From positions 234,383-298,382 of the forward strand of contig JAUIBF010000001.1 in assembly GCA_030428125.1 (NCBI GenBank): a DNA stretch of 64,000 bases, written 5' to 3'. The DNA comes from a bacterium. GTDB taxonomy: Bacteria; Patescibacteriota; Saccharimonadia; Saccharimonadales; SZUA-47. The notes under the pieces were generated by a model. It saw nothing but the letters and a program-made list of their open reading frames with translations. It was not told the origin of the DNA and did not search any database. How positions within the stretch are numbered: the first letter of the stretch is position 1; each line of letters opens with the position of its first letter. Position numbers and translations under genes: made by a program. Positions 29,768-43,394 of this stretch are shown piece by piece.

Positions 29768-29844
29768 TGGTGGGTTGTGAGGGACTTGAACCCCCGACCC
29801 CCTCGGTGTAAACGAGGTGCTCTAGCCAGCTGAGCTAACAACCC
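29768..29844 (-). tRNA. tRNA-Val(TAC)
   Basis: Reverse complement GGGTTGT..CCTCG-TT-TAC-AC-CGAGG..GGTTCAAGTCC..ACAACCC-ACCA. Confidence 0.97.
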
Positions 29845-29964
29845 ATTAAACTATCCAATTGATTTTACTATCTTTATCGCAATTTCTCAAGTGTTGTAGG
29901 CTGTTATTTTTAAGTAAAATGTATGATTTATTGCTATACTAAAAGCATAAGTAAAGGAGATGGT

Positions 29965-30522
29965 ATGATTTGGATATTACTGATTGTGGCGGGTCTATTT
30001 TTGGTTGCAATTGTTGGAATATATAACGGACTGGTTAAGAGTAAGGTTCGGGTTGACGAAGCTTGGAGTGACATTACTGTTCAGCTGAAGCGACGAGTAG
30101 ACTTGATTCCAAATTTAGTTGAAACGGTCAAAGGTTATGCGAAGCATGAAAAAGGTGTTTTCGAAGAAGTCACAAAAGCACGGGCTGCTGTAGCTGGGGC
30201 AGGTAGTGTTGATGAAACTGCGAAAGCAGATAACATGCTTACTGGTGCTCTAAAGAGTTTATTCGCCGTTGCAGAAGCGTATCCAGATCTAAAAGCAAAT
30301 ACGAACTTCCAGGATTTACAAGCAGAACTAGTCGACACCGAGGACAAAATCCAAGCAGCACGACGTTTTTATAACGCTGCAGTTCGTGAGTTAAATACTA
30401 AATTACAGGTATTTCCAACTGTACTTTTTGGAAGAATGCTAGGCTTTTCACCTAGAGACTTTTTTGAGCTAGAAGAGTCAGAGCAGGCTGCAGCTGAAAA
30501 ACCAGTTGATGTTAAGTTTTAG
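29965..30522 (+). CDS. lemA: LemA family protein
   Basis: YNGLV..AWSDITVQLKRRVDLIPNLVETVKGYA and AEAYPDLKAN motifs; AAGGAG supports ATG 29965. Confidence 0.96.
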   Translation: MIWILLIVAGLFLVAIVGIYNGLVKSKVRVDEAWSDITVQLKRRVDLIPNLVETVKGYAKHEKGVFEEVTKARAAVAGAGSVDETAKADNMLTGALKSLFAVAEAYPDLKANTNFQDLQAELVDTEDKIQAARRFYNAAVRELNTKLQVFPTVLFGRMLGFSPRDFFELEESEQAAAEKPVDVKF

Positions 30523-30550
30523 GTAGCTTGACTAACCTAGGGCCAGCTTC

Positions 30551-31423
30551 GTGTATTCCGAAATAGAATCAAATAAAAGAAAAACAGTCGGACTTCTTGC
30601 CGTGTTTTTACTAATACTAGGATGTTTGTCTTACTTCATTGGTATTTATTTCGGAGATTTTACGATCACTGTAGGTGCGTTAATCGGATCATTACTATAT
30701 GCTCTGTTTAGCTACTATGGTGCGGCCAAAACAGCACTAAGCTTTAACGGAGCAAGGCAGATTAAAAAACAGGACAACCCGAGGCTGTGGAGGACCGTTG
30801 AGAATTTAGCCATTACAGAAGGCCTGCCTATGCCAAAAATTTACATAGTTGAAGACAATGGCTTGAATGCATTTGCTACTGGTCGGGATCCTAAACATGC
30901 ATCAGTGGCTATCACAACTGGGCTCCTCGATAGCCTAGAAGATTCAGAGCTGGAAGGAGTTATGGCACACGAATTGGGTCACATAAAGAATTATGATATC
31001 AGGGTTAGTATGGTGGTTTTTGGGTTAGTCGTGGCGATATCACTACTTGCTGACGTTTTTCTTAGGATGAGTTTTTTCAGCAATGAAGACGATGATACGC
31101 CTCCGTTTATGATGGCATTTGGAATAATTGCTATGATTTTGGCTCCTATGGTAGCAGCGATGGTTCAGGCTGCAGTGTCGAGAAAGCGAGAATATTTAGC
31201 AGATGCTACGGGCGCGTTAACTACTAGATATCCTGAAGGTCTTGCAAATGCATTGGAAAAGATTAAAGATGGTTCTTCGACAACCAGGCGTCAACATACG
31301 GCATCAGCGCACCTATTCTTTGCTAACCCCATGAAGGGCAAAAGATTAAGTGGAGCATTTAGTACTCATCCACCGATTGATGAACGGATAAAGAGATTAC
31401 GCGAAATGGGCAGAAAGGTTTAA
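30551..31423 (+). CDS. htpX: Zinc metalloprotease HtpX (M48)
   Basis: NAFATG, AHELGH, SRKREYLAD and FSTHPP motifs; follows lemA. Confidence 0.95.
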   Translation: MYSEIESNKRKTVGLLAVFLLILGCLSYFIGIYFGDFTITVGALIGSLLYALFSYYGAAKTALSFNGARQIKKQDNPRLWRTVENLAITEGLPMPKIYIVEDNGLNAFATGRDPKHASVAITTGLLDSLEDSELEGVMAHELGHIKNYDIRVSMVVFGLVVAISLLADVFLRMSFFSNEDDDTPPFMMAFGIIAMILAPMVAAMVQAAVSRKREYLADATGALTTRYPEGLANALEKIKDGSSTTRRQHTASAHLFFANPMKGKRLSGAFSTHPPIDERIKRLREMGRKV

Positions 31424-31428
31424 CGAAC

Positions 31429-34945
<3,517 letters not shown>

Positions 34946-34967
34946 GCGTTCGTGATGAAATAGCACT

Positions 34968-35071
34968 TAGACGGGTGTCTAGGCTCGAGTAAAACAAACA
35001 TCCAAAAACAAAAATACCCGAGCCGGGTGGGCACACCCGACAACAATACCTCTGGCAGCAGGGGTATTTTT
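34968..35071 (+). ncRNA. Candidate small RNA of about 100 nt, unknown family
   Basis: Stems CGGGTGT/ACACCCG and GGCTCG/CGAGCC enclose an A/C-rich loop; terminator AATACCTCTG-GCAG-CAGGGGTATT-TTT; TTGACA at 34932. Confidence 0.5.
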
Positions 35072-35089
35072 AATATACAGATAAGTATA

Positions 35090-35118
35090 TTGACAAGAAA
35101 GCAAAAGCATGATACAAT
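35090..35118 (+). promoter_or_regulatory. Sigma70 promoter of the L,D-transpeptidase gene
   Basis: TTGACA-17-TACAAT with TG extension. Confidence 0.8.
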
Positions 35119-35143
35119 GAAAAGATAAGGTGGTATTTATTTT

Positions 35144-36268
35144 ATGTCAGCGACAGCAGTAGCAATTTTATCGGCAACAAGTGTTTTAGGTGCAGGTTCT
35201 GCTTATGTAGGTCACGAGATGATGCAGGATCATCCTGAAATTAGTGGTAATAACTGTGTAGATATGTCAGGCATTCCACTAGAGGACGCATTTGCCGATC
35301 CGAGTGTTTCTAGCATTCAGCAAGCAATTATGGATAAAGCCGGTATAGAAATCATCGGAGGTGCAGATGGTGATTTTGGTCAGGCTAGCTGTATTGCTTT
35401 TGGTCTCGCTCAAGAAGCTCTTGGAGTTACAGTTGATTACAAATTCGGTCCTGAGTCGGCAGGAGCACTGGGAATTGATCTGAACAATATATTTCCGAAC
35501 AGTGACTTGGCTTCAGATGCTGACGCGGTAGAAGGTACTCAGGTTTCTGTGCCAACAACTGAAGATATCGAGTGTAGGAACATGGATGGCGTGCCTGCAG
35601 AGTCAGGATATACAAATGGCGCAATTCTGCAGATTCAGACAGCTCTTGACTCCCACGGTTACGGTAGAGGTGGAGTAGATGGTAAGTTCTTAGACCTAAC
35701 TTGTGATGAAGTCGTTGCTTTTCAGCGTGCTAATAATCTTACTGTAGACGGTATTGTAGGTCCCGCTACAGCAAGAGCTCTAGGCATAAATTATGAGTCA
35801 CTAGTTTCTGGTAGCATAGCTAGTCAGAAAGAATTTGAGCCAGAAATTGACTGCCCAGCTGCAAGTAGCTGTGACATCGAAGTAAATCTAAATACCCAAA
35901 GACTGCATATCACAGACGGCTCTGGAAATATCATTTGGGATAGACCAGTTCAGAGTGGTAAGCGAGGTTATGAAACCCGAAACATCCGAAGCACTTTAGG
36001 TCATGTCGAGTATGGTGAAGGTGGTAATCCTGAACGGCCCAGCGTTGATTATCCAGAAGCAATACTAGTAAATCCCAGGGGCTTTGGAAATGGTGGACAA
36101 AAGTTTCACGGGTCCTATAGTTTTAATGCTTGGGCAGTAGATAGTCCTGATTCTGGTAGTGCTGGATGTGTCCGTCTAGAGATTGGCGACTCTTATACCT
36201 TTGCCAAAATGCCAATCGGTACCAGTGTCTTGCTTTTTGGAGCAAAGCCCGGAACAACGCAACGATAA
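35144..36268 (+). CDS. L,D-transpeptidase (YkuD) with peptidoglycan-binding domains
   Basis: PG-binding repeats (DGKF..AFQRANNLTVDGIVGPAT); IEVNLNTQRL and FHGS...GSAGCVRL motifs. Confidence 0.88.
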   Translation: MSATAVAILSATSVLGAGSAYVGHEMMQDHPEISGNNCVDMSGIPLEDAFADPSVSSIQQAIMDKAGIEIIGGADGDFGQASCIAFGLAQEALGVTVDYKFGPESAGALGIDLNNIFPNSDLASDADAVEGTQVSVPTTEDIECRNMDGVPAESGYTNGAILQIQTALDSHGYGRGGVDGKFLDLTCDEVVAFQRANNLTVDGIVGPATARALGINYESLVSGSIASQKEFEPEIDCPAASSCDIEVNLNTQRLHITDGSGNIIWDRPVQSGKRGYETRNIRSTLGHVEYGEGGNPERPSVDYPEAILVNPRGFGNGGQKFHGSYSFNAWAVDSPDSGSAGCVRLEIGDSYTFAKMPIGTSVLLFGAKPGTTQR

Positions 36269-36277
36269 GCATTTTTC

Positions 36278-36354
36278 TGGTGGAGCTACGGGGACTCAAA
36301 CCCCGGACCTCTTGTATGCCATACAAGCGCTCTAATCAACTGAGCTATAGCCCC
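36278..36354 (-). tRNA. tRNA-Ala(GGC)
   Basis: Reverse complement GGGGCTA..CTTGTATGGCATACAAG..TAGCTCC-ACCA; G3:U70 pair present; T-loop TTTGAGT. Confidence 0.95.
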
Positions 36355-36402
36355 GGATGACAATAATCATATAGCATAGAATAGTGATATAAAAGTGCTA
36401 CA

Positions 36403-37353
36403 ATGAATGTCATGAGATTTAAAGCAAAACCGTCCTTTGATATAGGCCGGAAATTCAACAATGTTACTGCGAGCTGGAATTTAGTAAAGTTAACGAAATA
36501 CTTTTTGGTTATCGGTTTAATTATCGCTCTTGTATTTTCTTGTCTCTGGTACTCAAGGGTATACATGAACAGTGAAAGAAGATTCTGGTCGGCAGTCGAG
36601 AACAGTATGTCAACAAGAAGTGTAGTTCGCACACTGTCAGAAGGAGGCAGCGGAAACCAAGTAGTTCAAGATTACAGGTTCCATTTTTCTCCCCAGCAGG
36701 TAATCGAAAACAGAGTAGATTTTAAGCAAAAAAGCGCCACGACTGACACAGAAGTAGTGACCGAAGGGATTATATTTCCTCAGGAACAATTCTTACGCTA
36801 TACAAAGTTCAGAAATGATACTAATGGCGAAGAAGGAGCTAATCTAGACTCAGTTCTTGGTGAATGGGCAAATCAAGGCTCTGGGGCTGGGGAAGCGGAA
36901 GAAGCAAGGCTGAACTATTTAAGCGAATATGTAACTTTAGCAGTTTTTGGAAATTTTAACGCTCAGCAAAGAGCAGAATTAATTAACAATCTTCGACAAA
37001 ACAATGTTTATGATGTAGATTTCAACAATGTACTGGAAGATGAACTCGATGGCGAAGATGTGAAAATCTATCAGGTTACAGTTAATCTTCGGCCATTTGC
37101 AGAGTTGCTTAACGAAGCATTTGTAATGGCTGGCTACGGAGACTTCCCGCCATTAAACCCAGAAAACTACCGCGAAGGTTCAACCCTAAAGTCGGTATTT
37201 AAGGTCGCGGGTAACAATTCTATAGTCGGGATTAACTTTGGCAACAGAAATGAAGTATATAGCAATTACGGCGTAATCAAGATCATTGAGCGACCGGAAG
37301 CTGATATGACGATTAATGAGCTTCAAAACGAAGTACAATCAATTATTCAGTAA
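36403..37353 (+). CDS. Hypothetical membrane-anchored extracytoplasmic protein
   Basis: 316 aa, single N-proximal TM. Confidence 0.8.
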   Translation: MNVMRFKAKPSFDIGRKFNNVTASWNLVKLTKYFLVIGLIIALVFSCLWYSRVYMNSERRFWSAVENSMSTRSVVRTLSEGGSGNQVVQDYRFHFSPQQVIENRVDFKQKSATTDTEVVTEGIIFPQEQFLRYTKFRNDTNGEEGANLDSVLGEWANQGSGAGEAEEARLNYLSEYVTLAVFGNFNAQQRAELINNLRQNNVYDVDFNNVLEDELDGEDVKIYQVTVNLRPFAELLNEAFVMAGYGDFPPLNPENYREGSTLKSVFKVAGNNSIVGINFGNRNEVYSNYGVIKIIERPEADMTINELQNEVQSIIQ

Positions 37354-37441
37354 AGACATTGATCATGCAGCAATCTTATCAAAGCCAGTGTCCAGCCTGT
37401 TAGAATATAAGCATGGCTAATCAAGATTGTGCTTAAAAGTT

Positions 37442-38200
37442 ATGAATGTTGTAGTCGAGGATCTACTAATAAACTACACTGTTAACGGTTCAGGTCCTGT
37501 CGTGATATTAATTCATGGCTGGGGAGACAGTCTGAATACCTTTAGACCTATAGCAGAGGAGTTACAAAAAAAGTACAAGGTATATGCGCTTGATCTGCCA
37601 GGATTTGGTGGAAGTCAAACGCCTCAATCAGCCTATAATTTGGATAAATTTGTAGGTATAGTTTCTGGATTTTTGAGTAAACTAGGTATCAAGAAGGTAT
37701 ACACCTACATTGGTCACTCAAACGGTGGGGCGATAGCCATGAAGGGTCTATCGTCAGGTGTTTTAGTGTCTGAAAAACTAGTTTTGATTGCCAGTTCAGG
37801 GGTTAGGACAAGTTATACGGGCAGACAGAAAGCACTACGATTGGCCGTCAAGACCGCAAAAGTTCCGACCAAACTGTTACCTAAAATAACCCAAAAGAAA
37901 ATCAGAGCCAAAGTATATTCTGCAATTGGTTCAGATATGCTAGTTGCAGAAAATATGCAGGAAACATTTAAAAATGTCGTTACTGAGGATTTGGTGACTG
38001 ATTCTGCGATGATACCTTCAGATACACTACTGATCTATGGCAGGGAAGACACTGCGACTCCAATCGAGTATGGCAAGCTATTCTCAAAGCAAATAGAAAA
38101 TTCTAAACTTGTTGTTATCGAAGGCGCAGATCACTTTGTGCATCAGACTAAAAGTGCAGAAGTAGTTAAACAAATATCCAGCTTTTTAGGAAATAAATGA
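37442..38200 (+). CDS. Alpha/beta hydrolase
   Basis: LIHGWG, LDLPGFG, GHSNGG and GADH motifs; precedes murF. Confidence 0.92.
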   Translation: MNVVVEDLLINYTVNGSGPVVILIHGWGDSLNTFRPIAEELQKKYKVYALDLPGFGGSQTPQSAYNLDKFVGIVSGFLSKLGIKKVYTYIGHSNGGAIAMKGLSSGVLVSEKLVLIASSGVRTSYTGRQKALRLAVKTAKVPTKLLPKITQKKIRAKVYSAIGSDMLVAENMQETFKNVVTEDLVTDSAMIPSDTLLIYGREDTATPIEYGKLFSKQIENSKLVVIEGADHFVHQTKSAEVVKQISSFLGNK

Positions 38201-39630
38201 AATCAATATTATCGCTTTTTAATTTGCGTCTTCCCATTTACTACACTTATATGTTGCAACAGGTTGAGTACGAGCCCTCCAAGTTCATCAAATGGTTGTT
38301 TAGGCTCTTACGTCAAAATAAAGCCGTAAAAACCGTCATGAACAGACAGACATTAGTGTGGACTTCTAAAGCGAAGGCACTAGTTTTGGTAAGCTATTTA
38401 TTTGTCGCAATGAGCATGTTTCTGTATGTTTTCGCTTTGAAAGACCTGGTCTTCTGGCCGATATGCCTGGGCGTTATTTTACTTGCTACTCCCCTGTACC
38501 TTGCGTATTTTTTATGGGCATTAACTTTAGTTGCTCACATGTTTATCATAAAACCCAAGCAAATTAGACTAGTCGCTGAAGCAAATAAGATTTTCAAAAA
38601 TCATAAAGCAGTGAAAATCGCAGTTTTAGGTAGTTATGGCAAAACCACGGTTAAAGAATTGTTAAACACAGTTTTATCAGAAGGTAAAACTGTTGCTTCA
38701 ACTCCTGGCAACAAAAACGTTTCAGTTTCGCATGCTAGGTTCGCTAAAAAACTTACAGGTGATGAAGAAGTGATTGTTCTGGAATTTGGTGAGGGAGAGC
38801 CGGGTGACATCAGGAGGATGGCGGAAATGTTTGAGCCTGACTACGCAGTTATAACAGGTCTCGCACCAAATCACCTAGATCACTACGAGTCGCTGCAGGC
38901 TGTAGCAAAAGATTTGCTGGAAATAGAAAAATTTGTAGCAAACGACAACATATACATAAATGGCGACTCCGAAATGCTGACAGATTACACTAAAGAAAGA
39001 TTCGTGCACTACAGCGTAGAGGGTCTAGATGGCTGGAAGGTTAATAATGTAAAAGTTAGTGTTGATGCTACGAAGTTTGTACTCAGTAAAGGAAATAAAA
39101 AAATCAACGTCAAAACCAGTTTAGTCGGAAGGCATCAGATAGCTAACCTGACAGTGGTGTCAGTGATTGCTGACGTGCTTGGGCTAACTAAAAATCAGAT
39201 CGAAAAGGGCATAACATCAGCATCTCCGTTTCAGCACCGTATGCAACCAAGAGCTATCAATGGCGCCTGGATTATTGACGATACGTACAACGGAAATCTA
39301 GAAGGGTTAAAAGCGGGCTTGGATTTACTAAAGGAAATAAAAGCAGATAGAAAATGGTACGTTACCCCGGGGCTTGTTGATCAGGGTGACGAGACAGAAA
39401 GGGTCCACGTAGAATTAGGCAAAAAAATAGCTGAAATAAACCCCGACATAGTCGTACTAATGCAAAATTCGGTCACAGATACAGTCAGGAGCTCAATTGA
39501 AGCTGGTGGCTTTAAGGGTGAACTTAGGATTGAAGAAAATCCTCTAGAGTTTTACCTGAATATTGAACACTTACTTGCAAAAGGCGATTTAGTGCTGATG
39601 CAAAATGATTGGACCGATAACTACAATTAA
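38197..39630 (+). CDS. murF: UDP-MurNAc-tripeptide--D-Ala-D-Ala ligase
   Basis: GSYGKTT, LEFGE, HLD and IIDDTYNGN motifs; N-terminal TMs; adjacent to ddl. Confidence 0.85.
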   Translation: MKSILSLFNLRLPIYYTYMLQQVEYEPSKFIKWLFRLLRQNKAVKTVMNRQTLVWTSKAKALVLVSYLFVAMSMFLYVFALKDLVFWPICLGVILLATPLYLAYFLWALTLVAHMFIIKPKQIRLVAEANKIFKNHKAVKIAVLGSYGKTTVKELLNTVLSEGKTVASTPGNKNVSVSHARFAKKLTGDEEVIVLEFGEGEPGDIRRMAEMFEPDYAVITGLAPNHLDHYESLQAVAKDLLEIEKFVANDNIYINGDSEMLTDYTKERFVHYSVEGLDGWKVNNVKVSVDATKFVLSKGNKKINVKTSLVGRHQIANLTVVSVIADVLGLTKNQIEKGITSASPFQHRMQPRAINGAWIIDDTYNGNLEGLKAGLDLLKEIKADRKWYVTPGLVDQGDETERVHVELGKKIAEINPDIVVLMQNSVTDTVRSSIEAGGFKGELRIEENPLEFYLNIEHLLAKGDLVLMQNDWTDNYN

Positions 39631-39668
39631 AGCCTTGTAATTGTAATAGTTAATTGTAATACTGTAAG

Positions 39669-39817
39669 CGTCAGAAGCTTGAATAATGACAGATTTTGTC
39701 AGTTATTGTCGAGCAAGCGTAGCAAAATGTATTCATGGTACGTGTGCGAGCAGCGCTGAGAAAACTGGCAAAAGATGTTATTAATGTCTTTCAGGCAAAC
39801 TACTTGTTTGATTGACG
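39669..39817. repeat. Palindromic intergenic element related (in reverse) to 8167-8329
   Basis: Stems CGTCA/TGACG and TTTTGTCAGTT/AACTGGCAAAA; shares ordered blocks with the 8.2 kb element. Confidence 0.5.
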
Positions 39818-39830
39818 GAAAGACAGGTTC

Positions 39831-41009
39831 ATGTTTCTGATGAAGACAGTAGCAGTAATATTTGGAAGTCGTTCTGCCGAGCACGACATATCAATAGTCA
39901 CAGCACTTTCGGCAATAATCAAGCCCCTAGAGGCGACCAAAAAGTACAAAGTAGAATCAGTTTACATCTCGAAAGACGGTTCGTGGTTTTGGGACGATAA
40001 ACTAAAGGACATCAAACTCTATCAGTCTAGTGCGATAGACGAATTTATGCGAAAAGCACCAAAGGTGCAATTGCAGTTTGACGACGGCCTGACGCTGGTT
40101 AAGTCTAGTCAGTTCGCAGGTCGCAAAGCTTACAAGAAAATCGATATAGTATTTCCGGCAACACACGGTACTCACGGGGAAGACGGCGAGTTAATGGGGT
40201 TGCTTGAGATGGCTAATGTACCTTATGTGGGGTGCGATGTCCCGTCGAGCGCGATAGCTATGGACAAAGTGTTGTCCAGACAGATAGCAGATGTCAACGA
40301 AATTCCTGTTCCTAAATACGAGTACCTTCAGGCTAGTACGTTCCATCAAAAGGGCGCAGAAGTAGTAAAAGATCTAGAAAAAAGTCTAAAATATCCACTG
40401 TTTGTCAAGCCAGCACGACTAGGTTCGAGTATCGGGATATCTCACGTAAAGAATTCCAGAGAGTTGGTAAACGCTATAGAAGTTGCGCTACATTATGACA
40501 GCAAGGCAATTATCGAAGAAGCTGTCCAAAATTTGGTCGAGGTTACAGTGCCGATAATCGGTAATGATGAGCTAACTTACGCTTCAGCAGAACAACCTTT
40601 GTCCAAAGAAGACGGGGTATTTGATTTTGATACCAAGTACATGAATCAAGGTAAAGGTGGAAAAAAAATGGGCAGTAAATCAGGGGCTCAAGGCTATAGT
40701 AAAATACCAGCTGATATATCTGATGCCCTAACCAAGGAGTCGCTGCGTGTCGCAGGGGCAGTTTATCGCTCTGTTGGCTGTAAAGGAATCGCCAGAATCG
40801 ACCTGCTTATAGATTCAAAGACCAAAAAAGTTTTCTTTAACGAAATAAATCCACTGCCTGGTAGCCTCTATAACCATAACTGGCGAGCTAGCGGAATTTC
40901 CAATGTAGATTTAGTAAACAGACTCGTTGATCTAGCGGAAGACAGCTGGAAAGAAAAACAAAAACTGACAACTACATTCAGTACAAACTTCCTAAAACAA
41001 CAGGGCTAG
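39831..41009 (+). CDS. ddl: D-alanine--D-alanine ligase
   Basis: FGSRSAEHDIS, HGTHGEDG, VKPARLGSSIGI and NEINPLPG motifs. Confidence 0.96.
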   Translation: MFLMKTVAVIFGSRSAEHDISIVTALSAIIKPLEATKKYKVESVYISKDGSWFWDDKLKDIKLYQSSAIDEFMRKAPKVQLQFDDGLTLVKSSQFAGRKAYKKIDIVFPATHGTHGEDGELMGLLEMANVPYVGCDVPSSAIAMDKVLSRQIADVNEIPVPKYEYLQASTFHQKGAEVVKDLEKSLKYPLFVKPARLGSSIGISHVKNSRELVNAIEVALHYDSKAIIEEAVQNLVEVTVPIIGNDELTYASAEQPLSKEDGVFDFDTKYMNQGKGGKKMGSKSGAQGYSKIPADISDALTKESLRVAGAVYRSVGCKGIARIDLLIDSKTKKVFFNEINPLPGSLYNHNWRASGISNVDLVNRLVDLAEDSWKEKQKLTTTFSTNFLKQQG

Positions 41010-41014
41010 TCATC

Positions 41015-41926
41015 GTGGCAAAAATGCACAAAAAGGTCTTTTTCAAAGACAAAATAATCGATAAAGAAAAAGCCAATTTAAGTATAGGTAGCTCAGCTGT
41101 ATTGTACGGTTTAAGTGTCTATACAGTATTCTCTGTTACTTTGGTGGGTGACAGAAAACTAGCCTTTAGACTTAAGGATCACTATCAAAGGCTGATTAAC
41201 TCTTCTAAAATTATTGGACTTGATGGCTTTGAAGAAAATTGGAGTTACGAAAGTTTCGTTGATATTACAAAGAAGTTGATAGAAAAAAATAAAGTAAAAA
41301 AAGACGTATATGTTCGAGCGACAGTACACGTTAATGCTGAAATTGCTGGTACAAAATCGCGAGGCCTACCTACAATTTTAAGTGTTTTCATATACGACGC
41401 TGTGCCCATATTGAGCTCAGAAGGCTGTCGGCTTAAGACCAGTACCTGGCGTAGAATACCAGACTATTCAATCCCATCTCGCGCTAAAGTAAATGGTGCA
41501 TATATAAACTCTGTCTTGGCCAAGCAAGAAGCTATAGATGCAGGTTTCGATGACTGTGTATTTCTTGACGGACATGGGCACGTTTGTGAACTGTCGGCGG
41601 CAAATATTTTCATTGTAAGGAACGGCAAGCTAATTACTCCTGACTCCACACAAGATTTGCTAGAGGGCATAAACAGAGACACAATAATTAAGCTTTCCAA
41701 AGAACATGATTTAACAGTCGTGGAAAGACCTATTGATTTGACCGAGCTGTACGTAGCAGATGAGGTTTTTGCTTGTGGTACGAGTGCCAATGTCGCTCCA
41801 GTTGTCGAAATCGACTCAAGAAAAGTTGGTGACGGTAAGCCTGGAAAAGTGACCAGAAAAGTCCAAGAATTTCACAAGCAGGCTCGACACAACCAGTCAA
41901 CACATAACTGGTTAACTGAAGTTTGA
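41015..41926 (+). CDS. ilvE: Branched-chain amino acid aminotransferase (class IV PLP)
   Basis: AKVNGAY, ELSAANIF, LEGINRDT and ADEVFACGT motifs. Confidence 0.88.
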   Translation: MAKMHKKVFFKDKIIDKEKANLSIGSSAVLYGLSVYTVFSVTLVGDRKLAFRLKDHYQRLINSSKIIGLDGFEENWSYESFVDITKKLIEKNKVKKDVYVRATVHVNAEIAGTKSRGLPTILSVFIYDAVPILSSEGCRLKTSTWRRIPDYSIPSRAKVNGAYINSVLAKQEAIDAGFDDCVFLDGHGHVCELSAANIFIVRNGKLITPDSTQDLLEGINRDTIIKLSKEHDLTVVERPIDLTELYVADEVFACGTSANVAPVVEIDSRKVGDGKPGKVTRKVQEFHKQARHNQSTHNWLTEV

Positions 41927-41938
41927 TAGAATTTATGC

Positions 41939-42535
41939 ATGCTAGTTAATGCTGAAACGGGTTTTGTTCACGGGTTTGATATTTATAAAGAAGGATCCTC
42001 AGTTCCCGTAGATATTTTTGTTGGTCATGTCATTGTTGCAGATTGCAGTGTTATCTTGCCAGTCCACTCAAGGGATATGCTAATAGGATTGTCCACTCCA
42101 CTAGGAAGACCGATGCTGGCATCCCATCTTTCTGATAGGATTGAGACGCTAAAAAAACCAGTCAATGTAAACAAAGTTTACGCGGATCTTCAAGAGAGAT
42201 TTGAGGGGACGCCATTAGATGGTCATCTTGTAAGCTTAAGACCAGAAACAGGTGGCCGATCAACCTGGTACGGGATGGTAGATGAAGTTTCGGATGAAGC
42301 ATTGTTAGCATTCGCAAATGAGGGTGAAAGGATTGTCCGTGATTCGAAGACAAAAAAGGGGAAGAGCCTGGACAGACGCCTAGCTCCATTTGTATCATTG
42401 CGTGAATCAATAGATAACCCCGAGCTTGCTGACGAAATAGAAGCTAGTCATCATCTGGGTATTGCATTTGTTACCGCAGGCATTCTAACTTTAGGAACCG
42501 TAGCTACTATTGCGCTTATGAAGAGGGCTAAGTAG
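41939..42535 (+). CDS. Hypothetical protein with C-terminal TM
   Basis: 198 aa ORF; hydrophobic tail ending KRAK. Confidence 0.7.
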   Translation: MLVNAETGFVHGFDIYKEGSSVPVDIFVGHVIVADCSVILPVHSRDMLIGLSTPLGRPMLASHLSDRIETLKKPVNVNKVYADLQERFEGTPLDGHLVSLRPETGGRSTWYGMVDEVSDEALLAFANEGERIVRDSKTKKGKSLDRRLAPFVSLRESIDNPELADEIEASHHLGIAFVTAGILTLGTVATIALMKRAK

Positions 42536-42580
42536 CAAGTAGCTTGTGTTTAAAAAGAGAAAATATGTTTTTATATACTA

Positions 42581-43390
42581 ATGAGTAATTTTATTGCAGA
42601 GGTTAATCTGTGGAACGGAAGAGGCGCCGAAGGTAGACTGCGTGTGACTACTGGCTTTGAAGTCATGGCTGGCGACACAGTACTTAGCGATGTGAATGTG
42701 ATAGGTGGTTTGGCGATGGCTACGCTGATTAATCATCGAGACACACTTATTCCTAAAAGTGGTTTATTACCGTTAGTAGACACAATTGGGTTAGGGCACA
42801 ATCCACTTGATGATCTGGATCCTAAGTTAAATAGACAGAGTAAATTGACCAGAGGTGTTAATTCCTACAGAAGGGCACTACGTAACCCGTTTGCGAAGAA
42901 TGTCTTGCTGTTAGGGTCTGAAGTAGCTTCTGGGCAATGCTGGTATTTCGCAACTGACTTGAGAGACAAGGAGGCAGTTGTTGAATCAGTCACAAGACAG
43001 TCCGTAGAGGAGAGTGGTATCCCTGATGCTGACGCTGTAGTAAGGAGCGTTACGGAAATGTTCGACAAGAAAGGTTCTGGTCACCAAAGCACACCTAAGC
43101 CAAGAGTAGCTTGTTCAGACCGGCCCGAGGAACGGCTTAGGGGTTTTAGGGTGTTAAGACCGGCAACTGCAGCAGACAACAACGCTTTTTTAGACTTTAT
43201 CAAAGGAAGCGAGCCAGGTACTGAAATATCTGCATCTGCTATCGAGGCTTGGAAAGTAGCTAGGGGTATTAGCAGTATGGAGACAGATAAAATTCTCTTC
43301 GTTGCTAGTGGGTTAGATCTGGTTAGGTACAATACAAGGCCTCCAGAAAAACCAGGAAGCTCCTCAGAAGTTATATTTATACGGCAATAA
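42581..43390 (+). CDS. Hypothetical protein
   Basis: 269 aa ORF. Confidence 0.75.
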   Translation: MSNFIAEVNLWNGRGAEGRLRVTTGFEVMAGDTVLSDVNVIGGLAMATLINHRDTLIPKSGLLPLVDTIGLGHNPLDDLDPKLNRQSKLTRGVNSYRRALRNPFAKNVLLLGSEVASGQCWYFATDLRDKEAVVESVTRQSVEESGIPDADAVVRSVTEMFDKKGSGHQSTPKPRVACSDRPEERLRGFRVLRPATAADNNAFLDFIKGSEPGTEISASAIEAWKVARGISSMETDKILFVASGLDLVRYNTRPPEKPGSSSEVIFIRQ

Positions 43391-43394
43391 AAAA

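Noticed and set aside
36123..36360. Short ORFs across tRNA-Ala
   Set aside because: tRNA-derived spurious ORFs
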